A DNA stretch of 64,000 nucleotides, taken from IMG/VR virus record IMGVR_UViG_3300020183_000012, positions 64,001 through 128,000 of that record; one strand, written 5' to 3'. Made by a program: the position numbers and the translations under genes. Below the pieces are notes generated by a model that saw nothing but the letters and a program-made list of their open reading frames with translations, searched no databases and was not told the DNA's origin. Positions 35,668 through 45,275 of this stretch are shown here, one piece after another. This stretch comes from a virus. Each line of letters opens with the position of its first letter. Positions within the stretch are counted from its first letter, which is position 1.

Positions 35668-36606
35668 GTGAGAGACATCAATCGCAACATGGCGGCAAGA
35701 ACGGTGGGCAACTGGTGGAAGCGTGCGGGCATCGTAGACAATCCATCCAAGGAGTTGAGCGATGTATTTGATCCGGGCTCCACCCGCATGAGCGATTATG
35801 TCGTTGAGATGATCAACAGGGGTCTTGCACAGATACAGGAATATCTTGATTCCACCCATCCCGGGGTCAAGATCACGCATCATGAAGTCATTGGAGCAGC
35901 AGTAACTTACCAATACACCCCCAAGAGCGACATAGACACCACCGTTTTCATCAACATGCCTAAAACAGATCGGAGGTTTTGGGTCATCAACGATTGGATT
36001 ATAGAAAATCTTGACAAAACTATGTATTTTAAGGAGAGGCCAATCCAGTTCAAGATCGCACCAGATTCGTTAGTGGGGACCCAGAGTGCCAATGCTGATG
36101 CCATTTACGACCCCACCGAAAGGCGCTTTGTGAAGAAGCCCTCTCTGATAGGTGCCTCAGGTAGTTATCGCAAATTAGTTGAGTTAGGAAGTTCTGAGGA
36201 ACGCAAAGAGTACCGTCGCCTTGAGGAGGAGTTGCGAGGGATGGCAAGGTCCTGGGCAAAGGTGGGCAGACAGGCACTTGAATCAGGTAAGCCAAGCGAG
36301 TTAGGGAAGTGGCTTTGGCCCCAAGCTCGTGAGATAGCTTCAGCAATTAAGCGGATAAGAAGTTTGAGAGGCGAGGCCTACAGCCAGCCTGCAGCTCCTG
36401 GAAGAATAAGCCAAAACTGGGGTCGGGGTAACATACTATTCAAAATGATGGAGAGGGATGGATACATTGAGCTGTTTTCACTCATCAAAAAAACCTTGGG
36501 TGATCGGCAAGTTTTACACCCTGAAAATCTTGCAGCATCTGTAGAAATGGCTGAAAAAATAATGAATCAGCGTGTTGGTTTCGATCCAACCACCGATCCA
36601 GCATAG
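35668..36606 (+). CDS. Pol-beta-type nucleotidyltransferase-like protein
   Basis: IGAAVTYQYTPKSDIDT motif; C-terminal GNILFKMMERDGYI. Confidence 0.65.
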   Translation: MRDINRNMAARTVGNWWKRAGIVDNPSKELSDVFDPGSTRMSDYVVEMINRGLAQIQEYLDSTHPGVKITHHEVIGAAVTYQYTPKSDIDTTVFINMPKTDRRFWVINDWIIENLDKTMYFKERPIQFKIAPDSLVGTQSANADAIYDPTERRFVKKPSLIGASGSYRKLVELGSSEERKEYRRLEEELRGMARSWAKVGRQALESGKPSELGKWLWPQAREIASAIKRIRSLRGEAYSQPAAPGRISQNWGRGNILFKMMERDGYIELFSLIKKTLGDRQVLHPENLAASVEMAEKIMNQRVGFDPTTDPA

Positions 36607-36764
36607 TCTTGACAGCAGGGTGTTTGGATTTAATTTTCGGGCGTAGGGGATACCTTAGTGGGAGGTTATGGCATTATTATTTTCGGGCGTGGGGGATACC
36701 TTAGTGGGAGTTTATGATATTATTATTTATGTAAAGTCGATAGAAGCCTAAAGGAGCACGCACT

Positions 36765-37535
36765 ATGGAAAGTTATAAAATAGAACATTTCAGCGTAAGC
36801 AAGACCAACGACCACGTTGAGAACGACCCTACCGACTACGGGAGGCTGTGGAAGGAGCTAAACCGCCAGCAAGCGGAGAACGAGCTTAAGCACGGCAGTC
36901 TTTTCAATGGTCAGTGGTACAAGCCATGGAGAATGGTGAGGATGATGAAGCTGTGCAAGCTTATGGGTGGCAAGGGGTGGTTTGGGGGCAAGAGGATTCT
37001 TGAGCTTGGTTGTGGTCACGGTCATGTGAGCAAGATGCTGAAGGACTGGGGAGCGAACCCATTGGCAACGGACGGCAGGGAGTGGTGCGTGGAGGCAACG
37101 AACTACTACTGGCCAGACCTTGAGGTAAAGCTTGTGGACCAGACGAAGGACTACGATCTTGGGAAGTTTGACCTTGTGATACACTGGGGTATATCGCACC
37201 ATCTTCCTCCTGATGCATGGGAGTACGATCTGATGTGTGCAGTGGGTCATGCCCCGGTAATGAGCTACGAGTGTGAGGTAGTGGACTCGAGTGATCCTAA
37301 GTGGGTGAAGATAAACTCGAATGACACGGGAGGCATGGACAAGAGCCTTACGGGTGTAGGTACGTTTTTGAGTGCTGCAGCCGTAGAGAGGTGCTTCGGT
37401 GATATAGGCTGTAGTTTCAAGCGATACGACGACAGGGATCTGGACTGCGGATCGTGTCACTATTCATGGAAAGAGATGGACTCTGGGGATTTCAATTACG
37501 GGCACATGCGTTTATGGATGGTCCATGGGACGTAA
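36765..37535 (+). CDS. class I SAM-dependent methyltransferase
   Basis: ILELGCGHG, FDLVIHWG. Confidence 0.85.
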   Translation: MESYKIEHFSVSKTNDHVENDPTDYGRLWKELNRQQAENELKHGSLFNGQWYKPWRMVRMMKLCKLMGGKGWFGGKRILELGCGHGHVSKMLKDWGANPLATDGREWCVEATNYYWPDLEVKLVDQTKDYDLGKFDLVIHWGISHHLPPDAWEYDLMCAVGHAPVMSYECEVVDSSDPKWVKINSNDTGGMDKSLTGVGTFLSAAAVERCFGDIGCSFKRYDDRDLDCGSCHYSWKEMDSGDFNYGHMRLWMVHGT

Positions 37536-38107
37536 GGTGTTTTGGTAATAAAATTTTGGGGCAAGGAGAAGCCTGGTATATTTTCCCTGTTCTGCCCGTA
37601 GGGCAGTTGTGGCGGATCCGTTCCCTCTAGTGATGAAAAGCCCCTTATGGGGATACCTTAGCGGCTGAGTGGGCATCCGATGGAGTCCGATGGCACAAAC
37701 CCAATAGGTATTATTGAAGCCCGAAAAATATTTATACGGTAAGAGATACATCTCAGAAAGTGGTGTATTAGCGCATATGGGTAACATAGAGAATGGGTGT
37801 GGCGATAGAAGTTATAATAATCAAGGGGGGATCCACCGAAACGGGTGGCTGAAAAGGCAATGGATGGGAGACACAAATGATTTAATGACAAAGCAGCTTA
37901 TAAGTTATGGTATTGGAATAGGATTAATTATATCTGGATTCTTTGGATCTTTCAGACGAATCAAGTAAAATTTATGGTTTAACTTGCCCCAAAAATATAA
38001 ATTTATAAAATTCATGGGGGAGATCCCTAAAAGGGTCGGCTTAGGATATTGGGAATTAGCAATCAAAAAAAAGGTTATTATAATCTATAATATTAAATAT
38101 TAGTATC

Positions 38108-38557
38108 ATGAATTGGTATAAGAGCGCAGGAAAATGGACAAAAGGAGACGGAGACTGCTTTAAAGCGGCATTAAATCTTCTTTTAGTGAGGAATTTTCCT
38201 AAAGACAACGGAGATTTGCTGGTTCACGCATTGGTGCACGGTCGCGGAAGTGCATACGGGCATCGATTTCCTCATGCTTGGGTTGAGACAAAAGAGGGCA
38301 TTGCAATGGACCACTCCAGTGGTAAGAGTATAGATATACCAAAAGAAATATATTACGCCCTTGGAAACATAAATCCAGACGAAAAGGGAAGCTACATGTC
38401 GTACACGCTTGCAGACGTAAGAAAGAAAATTACCGAGCACAAGCACTACGGACCATGGGATCTAGATACAGAACTGCAGAGAACTCCAGAAGACTGGAAT
38501 GAACCAGAGGAAGAGACGGATGATGATGAAGACTGGGATGACGATGAGGATGAATAA
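38108..38557 (+). CDS. hypothetical protein, transglutaminase/papain-like C..HAW.E motif
   Basis: GDC...LVHA...HAWVE; MNWYKSA N-terminus. Confidence 0.65.
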   Translation: MNWYKSAGKWTKGDGDCFKAALNLLLVRNFPKDNGDLLVHALVHGRGSAYGHRFPHAWVETKEGIAMDHSSGKSIDIPKEIYYALGNINPDEKGSYMSYTLADVRKKITEHKHYGPWDLDTELQRTPEDWNEPEEETDDDEDWDDDEDE

Positions 38558-39108
38558 TGAATTGGTATAAAAATGCATCTAATTACAGCGAAATGAAAGA
38601 TTTTATGGAAGAATTTCAGTGGTACAGGGACCGTGGTGTCGCATCCGGACTCACGGACAAAGAAATAGAAAAAATATGGACAGAATCTCCAGTGGGATAC
38701 ACCGATCCAGTTGATCTAGACAGAATAGGGAATACATATACTCCAGAAGTTACAGGAGAATCCGAAGAGGAAAGAATTAATAAATTTATAGAATGGGCAA
38801 AGAAAGAGAATAGAGAAGACAGTGCGGAGAGCGAATGGGGAGAGAAAAGACTAAGAGATCCAGAAGGATATCTTCGCAATCTTTTAGTGGGTATAGGCAG
38901 AGGTGACTATCCTGCAGTAAACATCGTTGAAGCTGAGGGTCTGGGAAGCTTTATTGTTGGAGGTAGAACTCGCGCTGCGGCTGCCCGCGCACTAGACATG
39001 CCTCTGAGGACCAGAAAAATAAAAATGCCCTGGAAGGAAAATGAGAGCACCAGAGAGGTAAAGGATTTATTTTATAAATTTGATGAACAGGAAAGTAAGG
39101 ACGCTTAA
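38557..39108 (+). CDS. ParB/Srx-like domain protein
   Basis: YPAVNIV...IVGGRTRAAAARAL; MNWYKNAS N-terminus. Confidence 0.55.
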   Translation: MNWYKNASNYSEMKDFMEEFQWYRDRGVASGLTDKEIEKIWTESPVGYTDPVDLDRIGNTYTPEVTGESEEERINKFIEWAKKENREDSAESEWGEKRLRDPEGYLRNLLVGIGRGDYPAVNIVEAEGLGSFIVGGRTRAAAARALDMPLRTRKIKMPWKENESTREVKDLFYKFDEQESKDA

Positions 39109-39121
39109 GGGCAGAATCTCA

Positions 39122-39835
39122 TTAATTCTTTCGGAGTACCCAATAGGTCTGTTCAAAAACTTTTCCCCATCCTCTGAGGAGTGAGAATACTCCCAGTGGT
39201 ATCTTGGTTCTCTCGACAAACTCATTGACGCCTATCTCCACTCCCTGCCAGCTGTTGTAGTCGTCTCCGAATATAACGCCTCCTGGAGAGAGTAGATCCC
39301 AATAGAGATTCAGGTCACGGGTAAAGTCTTCGTAATCGTGACTTGCGTCTAGATAGATCATATTCGGATGTACTTTGAATGTCTTTAGGATGGTGGCTCC
39401 TGTCACTGATGTCTGTGGAAGTGGAATGACTCTTTCGGAATATCCCTTATGTACGCAGTTGCTCAGGAATTGCTGATAGATGGTGGGGTATCCGTGCACC
39501 AATTTCATATCCCTCTCCCTTAGCCATATTTTTGCATCATGTTCATTAAGAGATCTAGGAGGAAGATTCGTCCTCATCTCTTGGGATCCTAGCCAGGTGT
39601 CTACGCATATGATGTCTGTATCTAGTCCTTCCTTGGTTGCAGCATCGAGCATTGTGAAGCAGGATTGTCCTTTCCAGGTTCCCACTTCTAGTATAAAGGG
39701 GGGTTTGTATTCCCTCACTAGATCTCCGAATATTCTTGCTGTACCGTTCCATCCGCTGTAATCAGGCTCCATCAATTGAAGTCCAGACCAGATGTCTCCT
39801 CTAAGTAGCTTTTCTTTTGTTTCTATATTAAGCAT
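39122..39835 (-). CDS. class I SAM methyltransferase (Methyltransf_24-like)
   Basis: LEVGTWKGQS, CVDTWLGS, IYLDASHDY, GGVIFGDDY. Confidence 0.88.
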   Translation of the reverse strand: MLNIETKEKLLRGDIWSGLQLMEPDYSGWNGTARIFGDLVREYKPPFILEVGTWKGQSCFTMLDAATKEGLDTDIICVDTWLGSQEMRTNLPPRSLNEHDAKIWLRERDMKLVHGYPTIYQQFLSNCVHKGYSERVIPLPQTSVTGATILKTFKVHPNMIYLDASHDYEDFTRDLNLYWDLLSPGGVIFGDDYNSWQGVEIGVNEFVERTKIPLGVFSLLRGWGKVFEQTYWVLRKN

Positions 39836-41311
39836 AACTTGTATATCGACACATGACTGAATAACAAATGAAGGCACGAAACAAAAAGATCAATCCCTAT
39901 GGTGGTAGATGCGTGCACGGATACGTGAAAGACTGGAGAAAAGGAATAAAATTAGAATTTCTTAAAAAGGGGGATACCTTAGCGGGAGTGTAAGAATATT
40001 ATATTAATATTACATTTTAAGGAGACCACATGGCAGTACTGCGCTACTACAAACCCAACATCCACGATGTGTACCGCTACCCAACACAAGCCACACCAAC
40101 AAGCGGGGGTATCGCACCCAATGGTTACAACTCAGAGTGTCAGTCATATGACCACATTGACTGGTCGGGCACCAGCGCCCTCCATCGAAACTTCTGCAAC
40201 AACATTCCAAACAATAGTTTCAACAATATTTTCTTCACGATTCCATATGATCGAAACAGCGTGAACTTTTGGAATCAATGCACCTATGGCGCGGTGCTGA
40301 TCTCGCCACGGCATGCGCTTATCTGCCAACACTTCCGTGGTGCTAGACCCGACCCGAATGACAACACAGGTGGTATTCGGTTCCTAGGAAAGAGCGGTGC
40401 TTTCTATGAAAACAAGGTCACTCGCGTCTATCTCAACATCGGCCCTGATACGACTATGCTTGAGTTTGATAAGGAACTTCCCGATTCCGATGTCAAAATC
40501 TATAACAGGATCGCTGATCCGCTTTACATTCCCACAGGCACTTCGCTGTGGACGAAGGATAGCAACGGCAAAATCTACAAGACACTCTTTAAGAGCGCAT
40601 ACTTGGATACAACTACCAACGATACGAGAGGGTACAACTTCAACGCATGCTTGGATGGCATCAACGATGGGGCGTTCAGGAACGGAGCACTCGCTATCTT
40701 TGCTGGCGACTCGGGTTCACCTGTGATGGTGCGAGACGCATACGGAGACACAGTCTTTGTTGGATTGGAGTACGGTGGTCAATCGGTCAGCAAGGCTACC
40801 TTCGCAAACCTTGTTGCAGCACTCACTCCCTTTGGATATAAGGTGCAGCATGTCAAGTTGTCTGCCAAGATGGAAGACATCAATCAGGACGGTGTGGTTG
40901 ATCAGGAAGACCTAAATCGAATCCTCGCCAGATGGGGTCAAACGAAACCTGTCTTTGAGGACATGGATGGAGACGGCAAGGTGGACGGGATCGACCTGTC
41001 ACGGGTACTAGCGGCATGGGGGTCGTACACCATGCCAACATTCCCGCAAGCCGTGGTCAACCCAGGAACGGTCATTACGAATCCCCCAACTGGCAAGCCA
41101 CGGGCATAAATTGCTTACCTAATTATTAGTAAACAAGAGGGCACTTCATAGCAAGCAGCAAAGGTGGTTTTCTCAATACAAGCAAGAGAGCGCAGAAGCA
41201 TGCCGCTTTCGTAAAGGCTCTGAACCGCAAGCGCAACCAAGATGGAACCTCCAAGAAGAAAGGGGGCGGTCTTTTCTTTTGTTTCTATATTAAGCATAGC
41301 TTGTATATCGA
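39809..41311. repeat. 41-bp direct repeat (39809-39849 and 41271-41311, 1 mismatch) flanking the dockerin gene
   Basis: CTTTTCTTTTGTTTCTATATTAAGCATA(A/G)CTTGTATATCGA. Confidence 0.85.
40030..41109 (+). CDS. trypsin-like serine protease domain + C-terminal dockerin-type repeat
   Basis: AVLISPRHALICQH, DTTML, GDSGSP; DINQDGVVDQEDLNRILARWG / DMDGDGKVDGIDLSRVLAAWG. Confidence 0.8.
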   Translation: MAVLRYYKPNIHDVYRYPTQATPTSGGIAPNGYNSECQSYDHIDWSGTSALHRNFCNNIPNNSFNNIFFTIPYDRNSVNFWNQCTYGAVLISPRHALICQHFRGARPDPNDNTGGIRFLGKSGAFYENKVTRVYLNIGPDTTMLEFDKELPDSDVKIYNRIADPLYIPTGTSLWTKDSNGKIYKTLFKSAYLDTTTNDTRGYNFNACLDGINDGAFRNGALAIFAGDSGSPVMVRDAYGDTVFVGLEYGGQSVSKATFANLVAALTPFGYKVQHVKLSAKMEDINQDGVVDQEDLNRILARWGQTKPVFEDMDGDGKVDGIDLSRVLAAWGSYTMPTFPQAVVNPGTVITNPPTGKPRA

Positions 41312-41401
41312 TAGAGGATAAAGCATCGATTAAATAATATAGCATAAAACATAGGATCTAATATGATTATGTTCTAATATAGAATAGAAAAAGGAGATTT
41401 C

Positions 41402-41566
41402 ATGCAATATAAATTATCAAAAGATCAGTGGTTGGAAATAGGGGAAAAAGCTGGATGGATAAAAGAAGCAAAAAAGAATAAAGGGCAGTGTTGGGAGGGG
41501 TACAAAATGGTTGGAATGAAAAATAAAAATGGTAAAAAAGTGCCAAACTGCGTGCCTAAAAATTAA
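41402..41566 (+). CDS. 54-aa protein with CWxGY...VPNCVP motif (not in ORF track)
   Basis: MQYKLSKDQWLEIGEKAGWIKEAKKNKGQCWEGYKMVGMKNKNGKKVPNCVPKN; AAGGAG SD. Confidence 0.8.
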   Translation: MQYKLSKDQWLEIGEKAGWIKEAKKNKGQCWEGYKMVGMKNKNGKKVPNCVPKN

Positions 41567-41592
41567 TCATATAATTTGTATCATGGTACTTT

Positions 41593-42504
41593 ATGAAAAT
41601 AAAAAAAGAAAAGTTGAGACAAGATAAAGTACTTTGGGCTCTACCTACATATCCAGCTAAATATAAATATATACCAAAAATAATAGAAGCAGTTGAAAAA
41701 GAGCCAACTGTTGATATTGTATTTGTTATAACAAGGCAATCAGAAAAGAAAGAGCTTAAAAAAATAACAAACGGCAAATACAAGATATTAATAGTTGGTG
41801 ATGATGTAGGAGAAGAAAGATTAAAACATATAGAAAAAGTAAATGCAATACGTAGTTATAAGCAATACTGGGCTTTAGATAAACTTAGAAAAAGTGGATA
41901 TCGTTGGGTTGTAATGACTGAAGCAGAAGTAGAGCCAGTAGACCTTTCTCTCATGCTAGATGCTTGCATAGCGCTTGATAGAAATAAGGTCTTGGCCGGT
42001 TTTTCTGTTCACCTTACTGATATATTCAGAAATATAAGTCATGCTTCATTCAACATAATATCAAATGGAGAAAGGGAAAAATTTGTACTTAAAAATAAAT
42101 CTTCTTTAGAGAAGATGAGACTAAATAACATTATGATGAATGTAAATATATGGTTTAGTGAAATGCTAATATATGACATGTCGGTCGTTCCTTCCTTTCT
42201 AAAGGCTTCTAATTGGAGTGACTGGAACTATATCAAAGATACACTTACTTGGTACACATTTTGTTATGTCTCGTATTATTATTATCTTATGATTAATAAT
42301 GGATATCGAATATGGGAATTTAAACCAAGACCAATAGGAGACGACAAAATGCCTGGAGGCCTAGAACACATAAACAGAGAAAACTGGGAAGCATTAAATA
42401 AAAAAATAAAGATATACTGGACTCCATGGTGGGTTTATAGAAAAGAAGATAGGGTATGCTTAAAATTTCATCTTGACTGCAATCCGTGGTTTATTAAAAA
42501 ATGA
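41593..42504 (+). CDS. hypothetical protein, possibly glycosyltransferase-related
   Basis: 303-aa ORF in the glycan-modification cluster. Confidence 0.55.
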   Translation: MKIKKEKLRQDKVLWALPTYPAKYKYIPKIIEAVEKEPTVDIVFVITRQSEKKELKKITNGKYKILIVGDDVGEERLKHIEKVNAIRSYKQYWALDKLRKSGYRWVVMTEAEVEPVDLSLMLDACIALDRNKVLAGFSVHLTDIFRNISHASFNIISNGEREKFVLKNKSSLEKMRLNNIMMNVNIWFSEMLIYDMSVVPSFLKASNWSDWNYIKDTLTWYTFCYVSYYYYLMINNGYRIWEFKPRPIGDDKMPGGLEHINRENWEALNKKIKIYWTPWWVYRKEDRVCLKFHLDCNPWFIKK

Positions 42505-42566
42505 TCTTTTAATTGAAGGATGATTCACTATAAAATAATTGAAAATAAAAATTCAGGAGTACACAA

Positions 42567-42827
42567 ATGGGATTAAAAGAACAATTGGGGTTTGAAAAAA
42601 ATGGAGATACATGGATTTTGTCAAATTCTGGAATAGACAAAGCAAAAACTGCGTCCATAAAAAGAATAGAGCATTTTATATCAGAGGCAAACATTGCTTT
42701 TAATGAAGAAAATGGTCAAAATTTAATCTTTAATCGTACTTGGGGTTCAAAAATTATTGAAAGTGCTTTTGATTTTGGTTTTATAAATCAAAATGAAAAA
42801 AATGACTATAAAAACAGACTAGGATAA
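42567..42827 (+). CDS. hypothetical protein
   Basis: AGGAG SD. Confidence 0.6.
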   Translation: MGLKEQLGFEKNGDTWILSNSGIDKAKTASIKRIEHFISEANIAFNEENGQNLIFNRTWGSKIIESAFDFGFINQNEKNDYKNRLG

Positions 42828-42858
42828 AAAATATATTATATATATAAGGAAAAATAGT

Positions 42859-43257
42859 ATGAAATTTAATCTAAAAAAATTTAATCTCAATAAAAATAGG
42901 CAAAAAATAAGTCATCATCTCAAGCAGGCATCAAGCTGGTCTGGAAAATTCAATTACGAATTTGATGATTTAGAAATAAAAAACCCACCATGTAAATGTA
43001 GTGGAGAGGCTGAAATTTCGTATCAAGCTAGTTATGACAGTGGAACATGGTATGATCCGCCAGAATCAGATATAAAAATAAAAGTAAATATAACAGCGGT
43101 TAAATGCATTGAGGAATCAGGAAGAGAAGAGCCCATGGATCCTTATATTATGGATAATATAAAAGAACAGCTTGAAAAAGATGAAAATATTAAGGAGATG
43201 GCCTTTAATCAAAAAGGCATGGACGAAGACGAACCCGATTACGATATAGAATATTAA
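42859..43257 (+). CDS. hypothetical protein
   Basis: MKFNLKKF...LKQAS leader, acidic body. Confidence 0.7.
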   Translation: MKFNLKKFNLNKNRQKISHHLKQASSWSGKFNYEFDDLEIKNPPCKCSGEAEISYQASYDSGTWYDPPESDIKIKVNITAVKCIEESGREEPMDPYIMDNIKEQLEKDENIKEMAFNQKGMDEDEPDYDIEY

Positions 43258-43265
43258 ATCACGCT

Positions 43266-44015
43266 ATGAAAAAAACCAAATATAAAACAATATTTGTAAG
43301 CGATTGGCATCTTGGAAGCGATGGCTCTAAGAGCAAAGACATTGCTAATTGGCTTGATAGTGTTGAAGCAGAAAAAATTTATCTAGTAGGTGACATAATA
43401 GACTGGTGGAGATTGAAAAAAAGATGGAAGTGGTCTGAAAATGATGCAAGACCAGTTGTAAAAATATTAAAAGCAGCAAGAAAAGGCACCAAGGTAATTT
43501 GGGTTGCAGGAAATCATGACGAATTCATGAGAGAGGTTAGCAAATTTGCAGACACGATAGCAGGCATAGAGCTTGTCCCATTAGAAACTATTCATGAATG
43601 TGCAAACGGGAAAAAAATGATGATTACTCATGGAGACATGATAGATGCGTCTGTGAGACTTACTCCATGGCTTGCAATAATTGGGAGTCACGCATATGAC
43701 AATTTAGTGGTAATATCAAGGATGATTGACAGAATTAGAAAAATAATTGGTCTCAAGCCCTGGTCTGCAAGTAAATTTGTAAAAAGTAAAGTTAAAAAAG
43801 CGGTTGACTGGGTGACTGGCTGGGAAAATTCAATAACTATGATAGCAAAAAGAAGAGGGTACGATGGCGTAATATGTGGACATATTCACAACCCAGAAAT
43901 AAGAATAATTGATGGAGTTCAGTATGTAAATTGTGGAGACTGGATAGAGCATGCTACATGGGCAGCAGAAGAAGAAAATGGAGATATAAAAATATTTTAC
44001 TGGAATAAAGAATGA
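43266..44015 (+). CDS. metallophosphoesterase, UDP-2,3-diacylglucosamine diphosphatase (LpxH-like) family
   Basis: SDWHLG, VGDIID, GNHD, THGD, CGHIH, NCGDW. Confidence 0.9.
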   Translation: MKKTKYKTIFVSDWHLGSDGSKSKDIANWLDSVEAEKIYLVGDIIDWWRLKKRWKWSENDARPVVKILKAARKGTKVIWVAGNHDEFMREVSKFADTIAGIELVPLETIHECANGKKMMITHGDMIDASVRLTPWLAIIGSHAYDNLVVISRMIDRIRKIIGLKPWSASKFVKSKVKKAVDWVTGWENSITMIAKRRGYDGVICGHIHNPEIRIIDGVQYVNCGDWIEHATWAAEEENGDIKIFYWNKE

Positions 44016-45010
44016 AGATAGCAATAGTTACTGATACTTCCTGTAGGCAAATGAATGGCGTATCAACAAGCGTAAAAATTCTTTTTGAAGAATTAAAAGA
44101 AAAAGGCAAAAGAGCAATAGTCATCGATGCTGAAAAAATAAACGGAATAGATCTTTCAAGGTGGAGTCCAGGATTGCATTTAGCGAATCCAATAAAAGCA
44201 CAAAGATACTGCTATGAATTGCTGGATAAGTTCAAGCCAGACCATGTTCATGTTGCCACTGAAGGACCAATGGGATGCTCAGGATTAAAATGGGCATCAT
44301 ATAATGGCGTAAGAAGCAGTGCTTGTTCTCATACTGATTGGGAAAAAATACTTTCAAAAATGGTACCTTTGATAGGCGGACTGATTGGAAGATGGTTTAC
44401 ATCTAGAACTACAAAAGCAGATATACGTTTTTTTAGAAATAGCAGTGCAGCTAAAGAATGGAAATTAAAAACCGGGATGGATGGGCACGTGCTAAAAGGC
44501 GGAGTTGACAGGTGCTTTAAATATAGAAATGGCATCAGGAAAAATTCAATATTGTGGGCTGGAAGAATATCAAAAGACAAAAATCTAGAAGACGTAAGAA
44601 TGGTTGCAGAGCATGGATTTAGGGTGGTGATCGCAGGAGACGGTCCAATGGTTGGATCGGATATATTGGCACATAAAAATATAGAATATCTTGGCAGATT
44701 GAGCAAATGGGCTCTTAGCGACTCAATGAATAGATACAGAGGTTTTTTATTCACAAGCAAAACAGATACTTTGGGACTTGTTTGTTTGGAATCCGCATGC
44801 TGCGGCATGCCCACAGTTGCATATGAAAATGATGCAACATCAGATAGTGTAATTAATGGGAAGACTGGGTTAAAAGGTGAAAACTTAATAGAATTAATTG
44901 AAAAATTAGAACAAATAGATTATGCAGATTGTGCAAATTTTGCAAGCAAAGAATGGGGAACTGGAGCTATGGCCAAGTCTTTTTTAAATAGCATTGACAA
45001 AAAAAGTTAA
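44012..45010 (+). CDS. GT4 glycosyltransferase
   Basis: MKIAIVTD...NGV, HVATEGP.G, GRISKDKN, DTLGLVCLE. Confidence 0.9.
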   Translation: MKIAIVTDTSCRQMNGVSTSVKILFEELKEKGKRAIVIDAEKINGIDLSRWSPGLHLANPIKAQRYCYELLDKFKPDHVHVATEGPMGCSGLKWASYNGVRSSACSHTDWEKILSKMVPLIGGLIGRWFTSRTTKADIRFFRNSSAAKEWKLKTGMDGHVLKGGVDRCFKYRNGIRKNSILWAGRISKDKNLEDVRMVAEHGFRVVIAGDGPMVGSDILAHKNIEYLGRLSKWALSDSMNRYRGFLFTSKTDTLGLVCLESACCGMPTVAYENDATSDSVINGKTGLKGENLIELIEKLEQIDYADCANFASKEWGTGAMAKSFLNSIDKKS

Positions 45011-45049
45011 AAACAAAGGTTTGTATATAATTATTAATTAAAAAACGAT

Positions 45050-45274
45050 ATGCATTGGTACAAAAAATGTTCCCAAAAAGAAGATAAAAAGACCGTTTCT
45101 GATCTTGCAAAAGATCTAATGAAAAGGTTGTTAGCATATGGAATGACCCCTGAAGAAATAGAAAGAGCAATAAAATCTGGATACCTTGAAAGAATTATTG
45201 GTAAAAAACCACCATTATCAAATACATCTGATTCAGGATGGGATGATCCATCATTTTGGAAAGACAACAATTAA
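45050..45274 (+). CDS. hypothetical protein
   Basis: MHWYKKCSQ N-terminus. Confidence 0.65.
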   Translation: MHWYKKCSQKEDKKTVSDLAKDLMKRLLAYGMTPEEIERAIKSGYLERIIGKKPPLSNTSDSGWDDPSFWKDNN

Positions 45275-45275
45275 T

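Larger units (their letters stand above)
34442..39988 (+). repeat. dispersed direct repeat GGG(G)ATACCTTAG(T/C)GG(GAG), 7 copies
   Basis: copies at 34442, 34489, 35579, 36646, 36692, 37649, 39970; several preceded by TTTAATTTTCGGGCGTA-like sequence. Confidence 0.9.
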
